Part shown: positions 51,142-54,151 of the stretch, in pieces
Numbering within the stretch: the first letter of the stretch is position 1
Layout of the letters: every line of letters begins with the position of its first letter
Origin: a virus
Taxonomy: Duplodnaviria > Caudoviricetes
Direction: 5' to 3' (one strand)
IMG/VR virus record: IMGVR_UViG_3300044960_000107
Location: 1 to 54,151 of that record
Length of the DNA stretch: 54,151 nucleotides
Position numbers and translations under genes: made by a program
Notes under the pieces: generated by a model
Database searches by the model: none
Seen by the model: the letters and a program-made list of their open reading frames with translations, nothing else
What the model was told of the DNA's origin: nothing

Positions 51142-51985
51142 CGGTGACCCAGCGCTGATAGAGGCGCATGTAGCGCCAGACCGCCGAGGTGGCGCTGTTG
51201 CGCCCGACAAAGAACGTTCGGACGATGTGGCCCGAGCTGGGCGCGTTGTTGAACGAGGGCTGTGTCCAGCCGGTGTCGCCGAAGTAAGTGGTGCTTGCGG
51301 TCAGGCCGGTCGCGGCGATCCCGTTCGCGTCGTTCTGCGTGCCGTTGCGATTGATGAGCGCGACCGCGCTCGAGTCCTGTGCGTTGCGCGTGTATTCCTC
51401 GACGTGGAAGTTGACGTGCGTGGCGTTTCCGCCGGTCGTGTTTGCGAGCTCGGCGACCAGGCGGTACTGCGGGCGCAGGCCGGCGTTGTAGAGGTCGTAG
51501 AACTCGGGCTGGAGCGCAATCGCCGTGTTGGTGATGAATGCGTAGGTGGTGCCGAGGTTCGTCTGCGTCGAGTCGGGCTCCTCGAGCAGGATGTCCTCGG
51601 CGCTAACCCACTTGGCGTAGGTGTCGTCGTAGACGAGGTCGATGAAGGTGTAGGGGCTCGAGCCGCAGCGCATTCGGACGACTTCGCCTCCCTGCGGCGA
51701 GGAGGGAAGGCCGGATGTCGAGCTGATGAGCGTGAGCGGCCGGAGCTTGGAGCCGATGATGCGGTCGGCCGCAGCGGAGCTGACATGCGCGCTCTTGATC
51801 GCTCCACCGGCGATCTTCGCTCCGGTGACGGCGTCGTCGGCAAGGCCGGCAGTGGAGAGGAGCGCCTCCTCCCATTCTCCGGTGGTGTCGTTCCAGAGAA
51901 GCGGGCGGCCGGTGACCGTGCCTTCGGGGAGACCGCTGCCGTAGGTGGGCGGGGGGCCGGGTTTGCCCGTGGGGGTGGTGGTCAT
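51137..51985 (-). CDS. tail fibre/receptor-binding-like protein
   Basis: LADDAVTGAKIA fibre repeat; beta-rich C-terminus; last tail gene. Confidence 0.65.
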   Translation of the reverse strand: MTTTPTGKPGPPPTYGSGLPEGTVTGRPLLWNDTTGEWEEALLSTAGLADDAVTGAKIAGGAIKSAHVSSAAADRIIGSKLRPLTLISSTSGLPSSPQGGEVVRMRCGSSPYTFIDLVYDDTYAKWVSAEDILLEEPDSTQTNLGTTYAFITNTAIALQPEFYDLYNAGLRPQYRLVAELANTTGGNATHVNFHVEEYTRNAQDSSAVALINRNGTQNDANGIAATGLTASTTYFGDTGWTQPSFNNAPSSGHIVRTFFVGRNSATSAVWRYMRLYQRWVTA

Positions 51986-52569
51986 AGGCTGATCCGATCG
52001 AGCACTCGCATCTCGGCGGTGAGTCCAAGCACCTGGCCTCGCGTGTCATCATCGACCCAGAGCTGCGGCGTCACGAGCAGGTAATCGGCTGCGGGCAGCG
52101 AGCTGCCACCCCAGGTGGTTTGCCAGTCGGCTGGTCCTCCCCAGTCGGTGCGCTCGAGGGACCACGTGCTCGTTGCCGGGTCGAGGTCAACGACCCAGTC
52201 GAGGTATTCGCTGCTGGGTTCATCGCCGAGGTCGACAGAGCGAATCTCGACACCGCAGGCGACGCCGACGTCGTTGCCGGCGCCGGGGCCGTCGAGGTTG
52301 CGCATGAGCATCTGGGCGCGAAGCTGAACATGAAGCCCGTAGGAGGTGAGGACACCCCAAGGGATGAGCGCAGCGTTGGCGTTCGCGATATAGGCGAAGC
52401 CGGTCGTCTCGAAGACGGCCCAGGTCTGCGCGATGATCTGACGAACGTCCGAGACGAGGATGTCGTAGTCGGGGTCGTAGTGCATCTGGAGCCACTCGAG
52501 ATCGTTGAGCGCGGTGCCCGCGAGGCGCTGGAGGTCTTGCGACCCGGTCTGGTAGTCGCGCGCCGGCAT
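51982..52569 (-). CDS. minor tail protein
   Basis: 195 aa; synteny. Confidence 0.6.
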   Translation of the reverse strand: MPARDYQTGSQDLQRLAGTALNDLEWLQMHYDPDYDILVSDVRQIIAQTWAVFETTGFAYIANANAALIPWGVLTSYGLHVQLRAQMLMRNLDGPGAGNDVGVACGVEIRSVDLGDEPSSEYLDWVVDLDPATSTWSLERTDWGGPADWQTTWGGSSLPAADYLLVTPQLWVDDDTRGQVLGLTAEMRVLDRISL

Positions 52570-52572
52570 GGC

Positions 52573-52944
52573 TCAGTTGCGGCTTGCGGGGTAGAGCACG
52601 AGGCCGGTTGACGTGGTGATGCTGCCATCGCCGGTCCGCATCGTCCAGCCTGCCGGCGCGCCCCAGTTCGACGGCACCACGGCCCAGGGATTTGTGCGTG
52701 GGAAGACGTTGAGCGCCTGACCCATCTGCTGCTCGAGAACTCCGACACGGTTGGCGAGCGCCTGAATCTGGTTGTAGAGGGATTGATCGCCCTGCTGTGC
52801 CTGCTGGGCCGCCGTGCCGATCTGGTTCTGAAGACTCTGATAGTTAGTCCTCGAGACCTCGTGCAACCCAACGATCGTGCGGTCCTGCTCGACGCCGAGC
52901 TCTCGGATGCGAACGTCTGGATGCGGGGGCTCGGGGACTGGCAT
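52573..52944 (-). CDS. minor tail protein
   Basis: 123 aa; short coiled coil; synteny. Confidence 0.6.
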   Translation of the reverse strand: MPVPEPPHPDVRIRELGVEQDRTIVGLHEVSRTNYQSLQNQIGTAAQQAQQGDQSLYNQIQALANRVGVLEQQMGQALNVFPRTNPWAVVPSNWGAPAGWTMRTGDGSITTSTGLVLYPASRN

Positions 52945-54151
52945 TAGCTCTCCGGCGAGGTGAGGACACTGCCGAGGTTCTCTACGCCTTCCTCGTTGAG
53001 GTCGATGTCTATTCCATATACGCGCTGGACGCCGCCGAAGCCGCCGCGCAGGATGGGGCCGGCATGCGCCCTGATCGTGTCGCCGACGTCGAAGTCAAGG
53101 AAGGGCTCTGGCGCGATCCCGGCCTGTGGGACCCAGGAGATGATCTGGCGCATCTTCGAGCGGAAAGCGAGCTCCTCCTGAGCAAGCGCGGTCAGGGTCG
53201 CGAAGCTCGCCGGGTTGCTCGCGCTGAACTGCCCGACGATGTGAGGGTGGTTGGCGAAGTGCTCCATCGTCCCGTAGACGCTTATCGAGGGGTTGTCGTA
53301 GGCGCCTGAGTCGAAGGCTGCGCCGCCGACGGCCGAGTTGCTGCCGACGCCGACCACGGCGTTCGAGAAGGTCTGAGCGTCGACGAGTCGGGTGACACGC
53401 ACGCAGTTCGAGCCTGCGCGCGCATAGGTGAAGACAGCGTTGGGACGGTCCGCGCCGCGCCGCTGGCTCATGATGAGGTCTGCGCGACAGTTCTCCTTGA
53501 CGCGGAACTCGTAGTCGAGCCCGTCGAGCATATCGCTCGTCTCGATGAAGGCGTCGTAGATCATCTTGCCCTCGAAGTTGAGGACGTAGACTGGGGTGGC
53601 GGGCCAGCCGCCAATGACGTCGATGGGTAGGCCGCCCTTCCACTGCTTCGAGTTCGCGATCAGTGCGTTGAGGGCGTCGCCTATGCGGGCGGTGAACCGG
53701 GGCCCGGGCGGGTTGCCGCCCTGGGGGTTCATGAAGTGGTGGCCCTGGTTGTCGATGCAGGCGCGCTTCTGAAGAAGCTGCATGATTCCGAAGGCGACGA
53801 CCATCGTGCTCTGTCCCTCACCAGCGCCGTCGTCCTGCATCTGCCAGATCGGTCCGCAGAAGCGGAGCCGGTAGATCGGGGTCGGGTCGGTGTTCGAGAC
53901 CGGCTCCTGGCGGTATGCCTTCAGGAAGCGCAGGATCGGCCAGACGAGAGGGAAGCCGTCGCTGTGCGTGATGAGCATGCGGTCGTCATCTGCTGGAAGG
54001 CGGAACGACGCGCTCTCAGGTCGGTTGAGTCTCCAGGAGAACTTTCGATCGGTGGCGATGTTCGTGACGTCGAGCAGGTTGGTGCCGTTGCGGTCGGCGA
54101 TGACGAGCTTCCACTTGACGCCAGTGCGCGGGGCAAGGATGAGGGGTGGCA
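52944..54151 (-). CDS. baseplate hub/minor tail protein; frame open to window end
   Basis: Frame extends upstream of 53978 (PPLILAPRTGVKWKLVIADRNG...WRLNRPESASF); DFDVGDTI...RVYGIDI C-terminus. Confidence 0.75.
   Translation of the reverse strand, partial: PPLILAPRTGVKWKLVIADRNGTNLLDVTNIATDRKFSWRLNRPESASFRLPADDDRMLITHSDGFPLVWPILRFLKAYRQEPVSNTDPTPIYRLRFCGPIWQMQDDGAGEGQSTMVVAFGIMQLLQKRACIDNQGHHFMNPQGGNPPGPRFTARIGDALNALIANSKQWKGGLPIDVIGGWPATPVYVLNFEGKMIYDAFIETSDMLDGLDYEFRVKENCRADLIMSQRRGADRPNAVFTYARAGSNCVRVTRLVDAQTFSNAVVGVGSNSAVGGAAFDSGAYDNPSISVYGTMEHFANHPHIVGQFSASNPASFATLTALAQEELAFRSKMRQIISWVPQAGIAPEPFLDFDVGDTIRAHAGPILRGGFGGVQRVYGIDIDLNEEGVENLGSVLTSPES

Noticed and set aside
1-54151. Joining the window ends puts the Dit 5' part in frame with the hub gene
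   Set aside because: One-in-three chance; 102 aa is too short for Dit and no terminal overlap is seen, so a gap is more likely
1-54151. Apparent abundance of TCGA/CTCGAG
   Set aside because: Explained by CTC-GAG and GTC-GAG codon pairs; not quantified

Overview
Near-complete, circularly permuted genome of a high-GC (probably actinobacterial) siphovirus with an HK97-type head. Both window ends fall in the tail-tip module: the window starts with the 5' part of a distal-tail gene and ends in the 5' part of the next tail gene. Almost everything is on the minus strand. Modules: tail and head (1-19.9 kb); ParB-like plus ATPase-GNAT DNA-modification pair (20.2-21.9 kb); a ~12 kb accessory island between terS and the HNH/cos-like region (20-32.5 kb); LmbU-like regulator and Zn-ribbon sigma factor; iteron-like origin, helicase-like gene, Prim-Pol and RusA; many small genes; SSB, Gp3-like and PD-(D/E)XK recombination genes; XRE repressor; metallophosphoesterase; lysis; tail tip. 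I see no integrase. The most striking features are non-coding. (1) Five near-identical promoters whose mRNAs should all begin GUCACGGUAGAUCGA, and a separate ~88-nt hairpin sRNA whose apical loop is complementary to that leader. (2) A 90-nt RNA that looks like only the tRNA-like domain of tmRNA, packed between two tRNA genes. (3) Eight dispersed 42-bp dyads (CATAGRYGCTC-N20-GAGCRYCTATG) of fixed length. (4) A CCGATAG motif before SD-less late genes that may be read by the phage sigma factor. All protein calls are from motif recognition by eye; no database search was run.
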